A stretch of DNA of 49,735 nt from Clostridiales bacterium (GCA_009774055.1 VSNB01000001.1:1-49735), one strand, 5' to 3'; shown: positions 35,764 to 45,312, counted from the first letter of the stretch. Program-made: numbers and translations. The notes: generated by a model not told the origin, from the letters alone.

Positions 35764-35934
35764 ATCCTTAAGGAACGTAGTTCCTTAAGCGATCTTTTGC
35801 TTCTTTTCGCTCGCGCGAAAAGAAGGCCCCTGCCCCGGCAGGGGCAAAGGTAAAATAAGAAAAGAGCGGAAGCGGCCCGCAGGGCCGCAGATGAAAGCCC
35901 CGCCGCCCCGCAGGGGCGGCAGAAAGGAGCCGCC
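35764..35934. repeat. Right hairpin array of the composite palindromic element
   Basis: Hairpins at 35767-35789, 35800-35825, 35827-35844, 35872-35888 and 35903-35919. About 94% identical over 70 nt to the reverse complement of 49666-49735. Confidence 0.75.
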
Positions 35935-35937
35935 TTG

Positions 35938-37029
35938 ATGAAAAAGAAGATAAATCTGCCGGCGAAGATCCTATTGGGAGCCCTGCTGCTCCTGGCAGCT
36001 GTCTTGGTTGGATATATCGTCTACGTCTTTGCCGCCTATTACCGCGTGGAGGACAACCAGGTCCTGCCGGTGGAAACGGTGGAGGGCGGTCAGGCGGCGG
36101 ACCTGACGTCCGGGGAAACCTATCGGATCGCCTCCTATAACATCGGCTTCGGAGCCTACAGCAACGATTACAGCTTCTTCATGGACGGCGGTAAGGAGAG
36201 CCGCGCCCGGTCACCGGAGGCCGTCCACGAAAACATCACCGGCGCTATGGAGACGGTCAAGGCGATTGCCCCCCAGCTCCTCCTCCTCCAGGAGGTGGAC
36301 GTGGACGGTACCCGCAGCTACCACATCAACGAGCTGGGATTGACGGACGCCGCGCTGGCCGGACAGTTTATCAACCGGACCTTTGCCCAGAATTACGACA
36401 GCCCCTATCTCTTCTGGCCTTTGAACGAGCCCCACGGGGCCAACCGGGCGGGGCAGGCAACCTACTCCGCCTTCCCGATCGCCTCCGCCCTCCGCCGGCA
36501 GCTGCCCATTGAAGACGGCTTCATGAAGCTGGTGGACTGCGACCGCTGCTACTCCGTCCAGCGCATCCCCTTGCGGGAAGGGCAGGAACTGGTGCTGTAC
36601 AACCTCCATCTTTCCGCCTACACCTCCGATGGAGCCATTGCCGAGGAGCAGATGAAGATGCTGTTCGCCGACATGCTTTCGGAGTATGAGCTGGGCAACT
36701 ATGCCATCGCCGGCGGCGACTTCAACAAGGACCTGCTGGGCCGCTCCGACCAGATTTTCGGCGTCTCCGGTCCGGCGTATACCTGGGCCCAGCCCATTCC
36801 CGCCTCCCTGGTGCCGGAGGGCCTGTCCATTGTCGCGCCCTTTGACGAGGAGAAGCCCGTGGCCTCCTGCCGTAACGCGGACCGGGTTTACGGCCCCGAC
36901 AACTACCGGGTGACCGTGGACGGCTTTGTCGTCTCCGCCAACGTGGAGGTCCGCTCCGCCAAGGTCTGGGAAACCGGCTTCCGCTGGAGCGACCACAACC
37001 CGGTGTATATGGATTTTGTACTGCGCTGA
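35938..37029 (+). CDS. Endonuclease/exonuclease/phosphatase (EEP) family protein with an N-terminal TM anchor
   Basis: MKKKINLPAKILLGALLLLAAVLVGYIV anchor. LLLQEVD, NLHLSAY, GGDFN and SDHNPV are EEP catalytic blocks. The ATG at 35938 is preferred over the TTG at 35935. Confidence 0.8.
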   Translation: MKKKINLPAKILLGALLLLAAVLVGYIVYVFAAYYRVEDNQVLPVETVEGGQAADLTSGETYRIASYNIGFGAYSNDYSFFMDGGKESRARSPEAVHENITGAMETVKAIAPQLLLLQEVDVDGTRSYHINELGLTDAALAGQFINRTFAQNYDSPYLFWPLNEPHGANRAGQATYSAFPIASALRRQLPIEDGFMKLVDCDRCYSVQRIPLREGQELVLYNLHLSAYTSDGAIAEEQMKMLFADMLSEYELGNYAIAGGDFNKDLLGRSDQIFGVSGPAYTWAQPIPASLVPEGLSIVAPFDEEKPVASCRNADRVYGPDNYRVTVDGFVVSANVEVRSAKVWETGFRWSDHNPVYMDFVLR

Positions 37030-37058
37030 AAAAAGCCGCCCTCCGGGGCGGCTTTTTT
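37029..37058 (+). terminator. Rho-independent terminator after the EEP gene
   Basis: AAAAAAGCCGCCC-TCCG-GGGCGGCTTTTTT. Confidence 0.85.
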
Positions 37059-37224
37059 GCACGTACGGGCCGTTGCAAACAGCCATGGCCTGCGCCGTCC
37101 TTTGGACGGCAAGCGGCGTGCGGCTAACTCCTCCGGAGGGCTTTTTCCGGGCAGGGAGACGGGGAATGACAAAATCCTCCCGGGGACAGGGGTATACTGG
37201 TCCTGTCCAAAGGAGGAGAACAGT

Positions 37225-38091
37225 ATGACAGTCTATTTGGATATGATATTCTTACTCAACTGCCTCACCGATGCCGCCGCGCTGTATGTCACGGGCCGTC
37301 TGTCCGGACTGCCGCTGGAGCGGAAACGGGTGCTGGCCGCATCCCTGCTGGGCGGTACATATGGGGCGCTGTGCGCTCTGCCGGGGTGGGGCGCGGCGGC
37401 GTCCCTCCTGCCCCAGGCCGCCGCTGCGGCGGGGCTGGTGCGGCTGGCCTTCGGGCGGCGGGAGTTTTTCCTGCGGCGGCTGCTTCTGTTTTTTATCCTC
37501 TCCTGCGCCATGGCCGGGGCACTGGTGGCCGGCGGGCGGCTGCTGCGGGAGCAGGGCGGACTGGCGGCCCTGGCCTCCCTGGATTGGCGGGTATTTTTCC
37601 TGGCCGGCGGAGCCTGCTTCGTGATTCTGTCCGTCGTCTTTCGCGGCGGGGCCCGCCACGGCGCGGCGGGGCAGCTCTGCCGCTGCACCCTGACTCGCCA
37701 GGGCCGCGCCGCCTCGGTCACCGCCCTGTTGGACACCGGCAGCACCCTTACCGACGGCCTGTCCGGCGCGCCGGTCATCACCGTCCACTGGGCGGCCCTG
37801 GAGCCCCTCTGGACCCCGGAGGAGCAGGCTGTCCTCTCCCGGCTGGAGGCCGCCGGAGCCTCCCGCTGTCTGGAACGGCTGGGCCCCGGCTTCCGCCTTC
37901 TGCCCTATCAGGCGGTGGGGGTCCGCAGCGGCCTCCTGCTCTGCTTTCGGGCGGAGGAGGCGTCCATGGACGGACAACGGCTGGGCCCCGTGACTGTGGC
38001 CCTGTCGCCCACACCTGTCTCCGACGGCGGCGGCTACGCCGCCCTCTGGGGAGGCGAAACCGGAAAGGAGGTCCAGCACCATGCCGCATAA
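37225..38091 (+). CDS. spoIIGA: Sigma-E processing peptidase SpoIIGA
   Basis: Start at [16 protein letters not shown] behind AAAGGAGGAG. Has a TM-rich N-terminus and the aspartic protease motif LLDTGS. Immediately precedes sigE and overlaps it. Confidence 0.85.
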   Translation: MTVYLDMIFLLNCLTDAAALYVTGRLSGLPLERKRVLAASLLGGTYGALCALPGWGAAASLLPQAAAAAGLVRLAFGRREFFLRRLLLFFILSCAMAGALVAGGRLLREQGGLAALASLDWRVFFLAGGACFVILSVVFRGGARHGAAGQLCRCTLTRQGRAASVTALLDTGSTLTDGLSGAPVITVHWAALEPLWTPEEQAVLSRLEAAGASRCLERLGPGFRLLPYQAVGVRSGLLLCFRAEEASMDGQRLGPVTVALSPTPVSDGGGYAALWGGETGKEVQHHAA

Positions 38092-38794
38092 GCTCCTCGC
38101 CGCACTGCGCGGCCTGCTCATCCGCCTGGGCCTCCTCCGCCCGGGGAAGCTCCAGTACATCGGCGGCAGCGACACCCTCCCGCCGCCCCTGACCCGTGAG
38201 GAGGAGGGAGAGGTCCTGGTCCGGCTGGACGCCGGAGAGGAGGAGGCCCGCCAGATCCTCATTGAGCGGAACCTCCGGCTGGTGGTCTACATTGCCCGCC
38301 GTTTCGAGAACACAGGCATCAACATTGAGGACCTGATCTCCATCGGCACCATCGGCCTGATCAAATCGGTCAACACCTACCGCACGGACAAGAACATCAA
38401 ACTGGCCACCTACGCCAGCCGCTGCATTGAGAACGAAATCCTCATGTACCTCCGCAAGAACGCCTCCCAGCGGGGGGAAGTCAGCCTGGACGAACCCCTC
38501 AACACCGACTGGGACGGCAACGAGCTCCTGCTCAGCGACGTGCTGGGCACCGATGCCGACACCGTCATGCGCCCCATCGAGGACGACGTGGACCGCCAGC
38601 TCCTCTCCGCCGCCATTGCCAAGCTGGACAGCCGGGAGCAGGAGATCATCACCCTCCGCTTTGGTCTGAACGGAGGCCGGGAACAGACCCAGAAGGAGGT
38701 CGCCGACCGCCTGGGCATTTCCCAGTCCTATATCTCCCGTCTGGAAAAACGGATCATCAACCGCCTGAAGCGAGAAATCCTGAAAATGAGCTGA
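38081..38794 (+). CDS. sigE: Sporulation sigma factor SigE (pro-sigma-E)
   Basis: Pro-sequence followed by [13 protein letters not shown]. Region 2 is [33 protein letters not shown]. Region 4 is [19 protein letters not shown]. Confidence 0.9.
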   Translation: MPHKLLAALRGLLIRLGLLRPGKLQYIGGSDTLPPPLTREEEGEVLVRLDAGEEEARQILIERNLRLVVYIARRFENTGINIEDLISIGTIGLIKSVNTYRTDKNIKLATYASRCIENEILMYLRKNASQRGEVSLDEPLNTDWDGNELLLSDVLGTDADTVMRPIEDDVDRQLLSAAIAKLDSREQEIITLRFGLNGGREQTQKEVADRLGISQSYISRLEKRIINRLKREILKMS

Positions 38795-38831
38795 GAAAAT
38801 CCGGCTCCCCTTTCTGGGGAACCGGATTTTC
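38795..38831. terminator. Bidirectional terminator between sigE and the convergent SLH gene
   Basis: GAAAATCCGGCTCCCC-TTTC-TGGGGAACCGGATTTTC. Confidence 0.8.
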
Positions 38832-38846
38832 TCTGCGTTTGTGCTT

Positions 38847-39983
38847 TTACCCCTGACTCGTATTCCGGATAAAGCGGGTGAGGATGACCGCAGCCTGCTC
38901 CCGGGTGGCGCTGCCGGTGGGGGAGATCATATCGGCGGTGGTGCCGGTGATCAGCCCCAGGGCGTTGGCCCAGCGGAGGGGTTCCACGGCGTAGGGAGAG
39001 ATCCGCCCCGCGTCGGTATAGCCGGACAGATTCGCCTGGGCGGAGACGTCCAGGCCCTTATATCGGGCGTAGCGGAAGAGGAAGGCCGCCATCTGCTCCC
39101 GGGTGATGGGGTCCTCCGGGCCGAAAGAGCCGTCCTCATAGCCGGTGACGATGCCATTGGCGGAAGCCCAGGCCACGGCGGAGGCGTAATAGGCGCCGGG
39201 GGCCACGTCGGCGAAGGCGGAGGAGCCCGCCGCCGGGGAACCGTCCATCCGGTAGAGGATGGTGACGATCATCCCCCGGGTGGTGGTGGCGGAGGGGCTG
39301 AAGGCAGTGGCGGAGGTGCCGTTCATCAGCCCCGCCTGGTAGATATAGCGCACCTCGTCATAGCACCAGTAGCCCGCCGGCACGTCCAGGAAGGGCAGCG
39401 GCAGATCCGGCTGATTCGGCAGCGCGGGGTCCGTTGGCAGGTCCGGCCCGGGTTCCGGCTCAGGCTTGGACCCGCCGGGCGTCTGCCCGGAGGAGCCGGA
39501 ACCGGAGGGCGGCAGCGGATTGACGGAGGGCGGCGTCCGCCGGCTCTCCAGAGAGACGCTGCCGCTGCCCCGGCAGGGCTGGAGGGAACGGTCCAGCAGG
39601 AGCAGGCTCCCCTGGGCCGGCAGGGCGTAGTCCCCGCCGGGCAGCAGCGTCCCCAGCTGGAGACTGCTGCCGCTGGTGAGCACGCCCTCCGGCGCGGTCA
39701 TGTACACCGTGACGACGGTGGAACCGTCTTCCCGTACCTCCACCCTGCACTCCGGGACGTAGGCGTTGGAAACAGCGGGGACAAACGAGGCGTTGGGGCA
39801 GGTTCCCTGGAGGGTCAGCTCCAGCTGGAGGGCGCAGATAGTTTCCTCCAGGCCCTCCAGGGTGAGGGACGTACCACCCGCCTCCTGTCCATAGATCAGG
39901 GCGGTGTTCCCCTGGGCCCGGGCCACCGGAGGCATGGCCCAGAAAAGGCACAGGGCGGTCAGAAAGGCAAGAATTCGTTTCAT
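38847..39983 (-). CDS. Cell-surface protein: signal peptide, about 125-aa beta-rich N-terminal domain, Pro/Ser linker, three SLH domains
   Basis: Start at MKRILAFLTALCLFWAMPPVARA, 4 nt after the upstream stop. Three SLH repeats (FLDVPAGYW..., FADVAPGAYY..., YTDAGRISPYA...). Confidence 0.85.
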   Translation of the reverse strand: MKRILAFLTALCLFWAMPPVARAQGNTALIYGQEAGGTSLTLEGLEETICALQLELTLQGTCPNASFVPAVSNAYVPECRVEVREDGSTVVTVYMTAPEGVLTSGSSLQLGTLLPGGDYALPAQGSLLLLDRSLQPCRGSGSVSLESRRTPPSVNPLPPSGSGSSGQTPGGSKPEPEPGPDLPTDPALPNQPDLPLPFLDVPAGYWCYDEVRYIYQAGLMNGTSATAFSPSATTTRGMIVTILYRMDGSPAAGSSAFADVAPGAYYASAVAWASANGIVTGYEDGSFGPEDPITREQMAAFLFRYARYKGLDVSAQANLSGYTDAGRISPYAVEPLRWANALGLITGTTADMISPTGSATREQAAVILTRFIRNTSQG

Positions 39984-39987
39984 GGGC

Positions 39988-42900
39988 TTACTCCTCCAGT
40001 ACCAGTACGGGCAGGTCGTCCAGGCTGTTTCCGCCGGGGCATTCCGTCCAGAGCGTTTCTGCTGTAAGACGTTTGCTGGAGGCGCTGTTGGGATCGTCGG
40101 TGCGGTAGCTCTGGATACGGATCTGGGCGGGCAGCAGGCTCTTGGGGGCGCAGTGGCTGGCATCGCCCTGGAGCTCCGCCTCCTTTTCCAGGTTGAGCAC
40201 GAAGAGGAAGATGCCGTCGCTGATGTCGCTGACCTCCCCGTCCTCCGGAATCTCGGCGAAAAGGTACAGCTTCCCGTCCAGATCCCGGACCGTCTCGGTC
40301 TGCTTCACGTTCTCCTCACCGCCGTCGGCGATGACCGTCTCCACAAAGCGGCCCTGGAGCTTGATGAGCTGGTACACCGGATCGCCCCGGTAGGAACCGG
40401 CGACGACCACCGAGCCCTTGGGAATCACCTTCCCTTCGCCCAGGTCGTAGTCCTCCGCCAGCCGGCCAGCGAAGCCGCCCTCGCCCTCCAAGAAGGCCAC
40501 GTCGTCCCCGGCGTAGCTGATGAGCTGGATATCGGCGTCTGCCATGGCTTCGGGAATGCCGGTGATGGTGACGGTTTTGGCGCTGTAGGTCCAGATGCGG
40601 GTGTCCCCGGCTCCCGCGCCGGGCTTCTGGAAGTAGGCCAGGTAGCTGTCCGCGTCGTCCGCCGCCTGGTTCCCGCTGTCGAAGCTGCCGGAACGGGCCG
40701 TCGTGGTTTTCCCGCCCTGATCGGTGATCGTGACCGTAAAGTCCCCGGAAACAGGCCGCTGACCGCCCGCCAGCTTGAAGCCGGAAACCCGGGTTTCCTC
40801 GGTCAGCTGGAAGGTGACGGCGCCGCCCTCCCGCGTCATGGTATAGGCGCTCTGGGGCACCGTGGCGTCGTAGGCGATCCGGACCTGGGGGGCCTCTCTC
40901 TCGGCGAAGCAGTTCCCCAGGGTGTCGTAGACGCGGACGCTGTAGGTATAGGTCCGGTGGTTGGCGGAGCCCACAATGTCAGTATAGGATGTCTCCGTGG
41001 TGAAGGCAATGGACTCGCCGTTGCGCAGGATCTCATAGCCCTGGATTTTTCCGGCGGTGGGCGCGCAGGAGAAGGTCAGGTCGAAGCCGTTATTGGGGTA
41101 TTCGCTGGATTTCGCCACCGACAGGGAGACAGTTCCCTGTCCCGTGGCCTGGCCTGCCAGCCGGTCCCGGCGGCTCTGGTCGTTCAGATACCAGACGGCC
41201 CGGGGTTCGGTGGGCTTCTGCGCCAGTATGGTCCGTGTCTCTTCGCTGAGCTCCATGCCCCAGCGGGTGAAAAATTCCGTCAGATCCTTGTCCGCGATGG
41301 CGGCGGCGGTGCGGGCAAACTTATCCTGATAGGAGGAGGCTCCGCCGAAATAGGTTCCGGCCTTCCAAGCCTTGTAGAACCGGTTGTAGAAGCCCATGGG
41401 ATCGCTTCCGTCGTCATAGGCCAGGTGCAGCTGCCAGTACATGCCCAGCTGGACGAACACGTCGCCGGAGTCGCCGGGGTGGCTCTGGGCGGTCTTGGTG
41501 AAGATAGCGGCGTACTTGCCGCTTTTCTCCAGCCGGGAATCCAGGGTGTTCTGCTTCCCGTCATAGGTCTGGGCCATCAGGGCGTAGATGTTGTTGGTAA
41601 TCTCCGCCTTACCCAGCTTGTCCATATTATGTCCGATCTCGTGAGCGATGCCCCAGCCGAAAAGGCTGTTGGCCGTAAAGCCCTCACCCAGGGCCTCGAT
41701 GGGCTTGCCGCAGACCATGCCGCTGCAGGAGCCGTAGCCGATGCCGATGTGACTTCCTGCGGCGTACATGAAGGCCCCGGCGAACATCTGCATACACCGG
41801 ATATTCTGGCGGGTCTGCATGTCATTTTGCCCGTAGGTATTGTCAATGCCCTGGGTGGTCTTGCAGATATGCATCAGGTCCTCCCAGGCCAGGATGGACT
41901 GATACAGCGTCTCCGACCGCGCCTCCGGACCGCCCACGGTTCCCAGGCCGGCGTTGACCGCGGCGGCGGGGAGGGACAGGAGCATGGTGGGGGTGGCGAT
42001 TTCCGTTACGTTGTGGATGTTGGTCGTCTTGTCTGCGTCGTTGATCCTCTGCACGGCGATGTAAGCGGCCAGCTCCGTAGTATAGGCGGTAATCCTCTCC
42101 CGCCGCACGGCGTCGTCAAGGCTGTACCAGTCGGACAGATTCAGCATGGGGATCTTCGCCGCCTTGCGGACGTGGAGGGAGATCCCCTCCGGGCTGGGGC
42201 CGCTGTAGATAAAGTACAGGCTGCCGCCCCTGGGGGTGTCCTGACTGCCGATCTTAGGGACGGTCAGCACGTTTCGTCCGTTCTGCAGCGTACCCATGGA
42301 TGCCAGCCAGCCGTTGGCCTCGGCGTTGAACTGGCTGGCGCAGAGCGTGAGGGACTCGCCCTGGGGGATGCCCTCAGCATAAACGACAATCCGGTCCCCA
42401 GCCTGCGCCGCGGCGCCCAGGGGCTGGAGGTCGCTGCCGCCCTGACCGTACTTCTTGCCGTCCGGCTCGCCGCTGCGGGACTCCACGCCCCGGAGCACCG
42501 AGCCGGAGCTTACCCCGGCGGTCAGCAGCTCCTCTGCCAGGGCCAGCTGGTCATCCAGTGTCTCCGGGTAGAGGTAGTACTTCCGCTCATTGCTGTTCAG
42601 ACGCTGCCGCAGTTCATCGATCTCCGCCTGGGTAACGCCGGTGCGCAGCTGTGTGCACAGGGGGGAGGTGAAGAGCGCGTCGATCTGGTCCGGCAGGCTC
42701 CGGCTCTCGTCATACTCCATGAACATCAGCTCGGAGCAGCTGACCACGTTGTAGCTCGCCTGCTCGGCGGCCACGCTGATCTTGACCACGTCCTTCAGCT
42801 GGCCCAGAGGCATGATGGCGAACCGATCCGTGGACACGGAGCTGGAATTGGACACATCGGGCCAGCTGTGGGCGGCTCCGGCGCTGTCGGAGACGCCGGT

Positions 42901-44901
42901 GGCCGGATCAGGGATGATCTGGACGCCCGCGCCGCTGGGATCATCCTTGAACCAAACCCGTACGCTGTAGGCCCGCAGCCAGGAGGGATAGCTCCCATCC
43001 ATGCGGGGCGCCCAGAGGGCGGCGGAGAGGTCCACCGGCTCGGTGAAGGTGACGATAACATGCTCGTCCCGGTTCCAGTTGTTGCTGGCGGTCCAGTGGG
43101 TCTGGAAGTCGCCGTCGATCATGTTCCGGGCGTTGAAGGGGGCGCTGGCGGAATATGCGCCGGCATTGAAGTTCCCCTGGTCGGCCAGGCGGATATCGGC
43201 AATCTTGCTGCTGTCCAGCAGCCCCTCAGCGGGAATGCCCGCCGGGCGGGAGTAATCGGTGGCCTTGGGCGTACCGATGGAGATACGGGAGGGCCCGCTG
43301 ACGCCAACGCTGTTGCCCGCCGTAATGTAGACGGAATAGGACACGCCGTTGGTCAGGCCGGTAATGGCGGTACTGGTGGAGGTAAGGGACTCGCCCCACC
43401 GGCGGAAGTCGGCCTCGCTCTCCGCCTTGTAGTAGACCTCGTAGAACGTGGCGGCCTTGCTGGCCTTCCAGGAGACGGCCAGACTGCTGTCCAGAGCGCT
43501 GACGCTGACCATGTCCGGCGCGTCGGGGGCCTTGGTGGGCAGGGGCTCCGCCGCCACGGGCCGGGACGGCTTGCCCTCCCAGCCCTTGTCAATGGGGGTG
43601 ACAGTGAAGAGGTAGGTTTTCAGGTTATCCAGTCCCGTGACCTGGGCCTGGGGCACATCCACCAGAAGGGAGCGCTTCTCCCCGCCGTCCCGGAGCCAGT
43701 AGTCCACCCGGTAGCCGCTCACGTTGGGCAGAGGGCCCCAGGTCAGGCTGACCTGGCTGTCCCCGGGAAGGGCCCGGAGGTTCGTGATCTCGCTGTTTGG
43801 CTGGACAGGGTTCTCCGGCACAATGTCCTTGAGGAACTGAATGGACTCCACGGAGGCATACTCTCCCCCGTCAGTCTTGGTGACGGAAATAGTGATCTCC
43901 TTCACCGCCACCCGCTTGCCAAGGGAGATCGTGATGACGCCGCTGCCGGGGACGGCGCTGACGGCGTGGACGCCGTCGGGCAGGGTGTTGTCAAAGCTGA
44001 TGTCATCGAAGGTGCCGTCGGACATCGCCACGTGGAACGTGCCAGCCAGCGCCTCGCCGGCGCCCTCGGGGGAGCGGAGCTGGATCTCCGTCATCTCCAC
44101 AGGCTCCTCCAGAATGATCTGAAGTTGCGGGGTTTCTCCCCGGAGCTTGATGGGCTCGCCGCCCTCCCGGAAGATGCCGAACATGTCTCCCTCCACGCTG
44201 GTTCCCTCAAGGGGGCGGACGATGCCCACCGGCGGGGCCAGCAGGGCGGTTTCCTGCAGCTCGGCTCCGCCCTTGGCCAGGACGCTACGGCTGACGCAGG
44301 CCAGGTCCCGGACGTCGATAACGCCGTCGCCGTTGAGGTCATACCGCTCCAGGTCCCCGGGCTCCTTGGAGCCCAATGCGCCGGCCACCAGGTCCCGGTC
44401 CGTCTCGTCCACCCGTCCGCTGCCGTCCACGTCGCCCAGGGAGAAGGTGGCGTCGCCGGTGCCCAGAATGATGTGCCGGTCATACTTGTCCAGCTCGATG
44501 CTCTGGCGGAAGGTGACATAGCCCCGGCCGGTGAAGACCAGCTCATAGCTGCCCTGGGGCAGACCGCCTACGGCCAGGTCCAGGTAGCCGGGCTCCTGTC
44601 CGCCGCCCAGCGCGCCGCCGTCGGTGTTCCGGAGGGATACCGCCGCCGTGCCGCCGCCCAGACTGACGCCGGAGGCTTCCCGCGTCAGAGACAGTTTGCC
44701 CAGGGAGCTGCCGTTCCGAAACAGCTCCACGGAGACGCCCCGCTCCTGCAGCTCGCCGAGCAGCTGGGGGTAGTCTATCCGCATGGTGGCGGAGATCGTA
44801 CCCCGGATGGAGGACGTGTCTGCCGCCCCTGCGGGGGGGAGGAAGGCCGTCAGCATGGCTGCGGCCAGAAGGAAAGATAGAATTCGTTTTCGTATGCGCA
44901 T
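39988..44901 (-). CDS. Secreted multidomain M60-like (enhancin-type) zinc metallopeptidase with dockerin, FN3 and discoidin-like modules (1637 aa)
   Basis: Start at MRIRKRILSFLLAAAMLTAFLPPAGA behind GAGGAG. Dockerin Ca-loops DVDGSGRVDETD and DLNGDGVIDVRD at 44281-44439. FN3-like repeats. The F5/8-type-C-like sequence MIDGDFQTHWTA. HEIGH zinc motif at 41629-41643 within FGWGIAHEIGHNMD. Confidence 0.85.
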   Translation of the reverse strand: MRIRKRILSFLLAAAMLTAFLPPAGAADTSSIRGTISATMRIDYPQLLGELQERGVSVELFRNGSSLGKLSLTREASGVSLGGGTAAVSLRNTDGGALGGGQEPGYLDLAVGGLPQGSYELVFTGRGYVTFRQSIELDKYDRHIILGTGDATFSLGDVDGSGRVDETDRDLVAGALGSKEPGDLERYDLNGDGVIDVRDLACVSRSVLAKGGAELQETALLAPPVGIVRPLEGTSVEGDMFGIFREGGEPIKLRGETPQLQIILEEPVEMTEIQLRSPEGAGEALAGTFHVAMSDGTFDDISFDNTLPDGVHAVSAVPGSGVITISLGKRVAVKEITISVTKTDGGEYASVESIQFLKDIVPENPVQPNSEITNLRALPGDSQVSLTWGPLPNVSGYRVDYWLRDGGEKRSLLVDVPQAQVTGLDNLKTYLFTVTPIDKGWEGKPSRPVAAEPLPTKAPDAPDMVSVSALDSSLAVSWKASKAATFYEVYYKAESEADFRRWGESLTSTSTAITGLTNGVSYSVYITAGNSVGVSGPSRISIGTPKATDYSRPAGIPAEGLLDSSKIADIRLADQGNFNAGAYSASAPFNARNMIDGDFQTHWTASNNWNRDEHVIVTFTEPVDLSAALWAPRMDGSYPSWLRAYSVRVWFKDDPSGAGVQIIPDPATGVSDSAGAAHSWPDVSNSSSVSTDRFAIMPLGQLKDVVKISVAAEQASYNVVSCSELMFMEYDESRSLPDQIDALFTSPLCTQLRTGVTQAEIDELRQRLNSNERKYYLYPETLDDQLALAEELLTAGVSSGSVLRGVESRSGEPDGKKYGQGGSDLQPLGAAAQAGDRIVVYAEGIPQGESLTLCASQFNAEANGWLASMGTLQNGRNVLTVPKIGSQDTPRGGSLYFIYSGPSPEGISLHVRKAAKIPMLNLSDWYSLDDAVRRERITAYTTELAAYIAVQRINDADKTTNIHNVTEIATPTMLLSLPAAAVNAGLGTVGGPEARSETLYQSILAWEDLMHICKTTQGIDNTYGQNDMQTRQNIRCMQMFAGAFMYAAGSHIGIGYGSCSGMVCGKPIEALGEGFTANSLFGWGIAHEIGHNMDKLGKAEITNNIYALMAQTYDGKQNTLDSRLEKSGKYAAIFTKTAQSHPGDSGDVFVQLGMYWQLHLAYDDGSDPMGFYNRFYKAWKAGTYFGGASSYQDKFARTAAAIADKDLTEFFTRWGMELSEETRTILAQKPTEPRAVWYLNDQSRRDRLAGQATGQGTVSLSVAKSSEYPNNGFDLTFSCAPTAGKIQGYEILRNGESIAFTTETSYTDIVGSANHRTYTYSVRVYDTLGNCFAEREAPQVRIAYDATVPQSAYTMTREGGAVTFQLTEETRVSGFKLAGGQRPVSGDFTVTITDQGGKTTTARSGSFDSGNQAADDADSYLAYFQKPGAGAGDTRIWTYSAKTVTITGIPEAMADADIQLISYAGDDVAFLEGEGGFAGRLAEDYDLGEGKVIPKGSVVVAGSYRGDPVYQLIKLQGRFVETVIADGGEENVKQTETVRDLDGKLYLFAEIPEDGEVSDISDGIFLFVLNLEKEAELQGDASHCAPKSLLPAQIRIQSYRTDDPNSASSKRLTAETLWTECPGGNSLDDLPVLVLEE

Positions 44902-44959
44902 ATAGCGTCTCCTCTCGTTACTCTCCGTCCGCCCAGAGGCGGGGATGATATGCAGGCTG

Positions 44960-44988
44960 ATTATACCAATTTTTCCATCGTTTGACAA
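44960..44988 (-). promoter_or_regulatory. Sigma-A-type promoter of the M60/SLH operon
   Basis: Minus strand reads TTGTCA, 17 nt, TGgTATAAT (extended -10). Confidence 0.6.
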
Positions 44989-45023
44989 GAGGGGCAAAGG
45001 GGACAAAAATACTGGCCGCACTC

Positions 45024-45052
45024 TTGACAGGCGGGGAGACTTATCATATAAT
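45024..45052 (+). promoter_or_regulatory. Sigma-A-type promoter of the cobalamin-riboswitch operon
   Basis: Consensus TTGACA (45024-45029), 17 nt, TATAAT (45047-45052). Confidence 0.7.
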
Positions 45053-45061
45053 GTGCGTGAG

Positions 45062-45250
45062 CTTTTCAAGGAAATAAGGAGTGGTATACAGGTGCGCCCC
45101 TTGGGGCGTGACAGGGAAACAGGTGAAAATCCTGTGCAATGCCGTTGCTGTGTAAGCGGAGCGGACTCCATTTTGTGTCACTGGGACATCGTCCCGGGAA
45201 GGCCGGAGGACGCGCTGGACGCTTGAGCCAGAATACCTGCCTGTATATGA
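45062..45250 (+). promoter_or_regulatory. Cobalamin (B12) riboswitch
   Basis: ACAGGGAAACAGGTGAAAATCCTGTGC core, B12-box-like GTCACTGGGACATCGTCCCGGGAAGGCC, and closing GAGCCAGAATACCTGCC. Confidence 0.9.
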
Positions 45251-45312
45251 CGCACAAAAGTCTCCCCGTGCATTGGGAGGGTGCATGGCCGGCGAGGAAT
45301 CGCCGCGGTTTG

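Noticed and set aside
35490-35788. ORFs 35490-35738 and 35570-35788 inside the palindromic element core
   Set aside because: They have no RBS, and one uses a non-ATG start. Their composition is dictated by the helices, and they overlap each other. Structure explains the region better than coding does.
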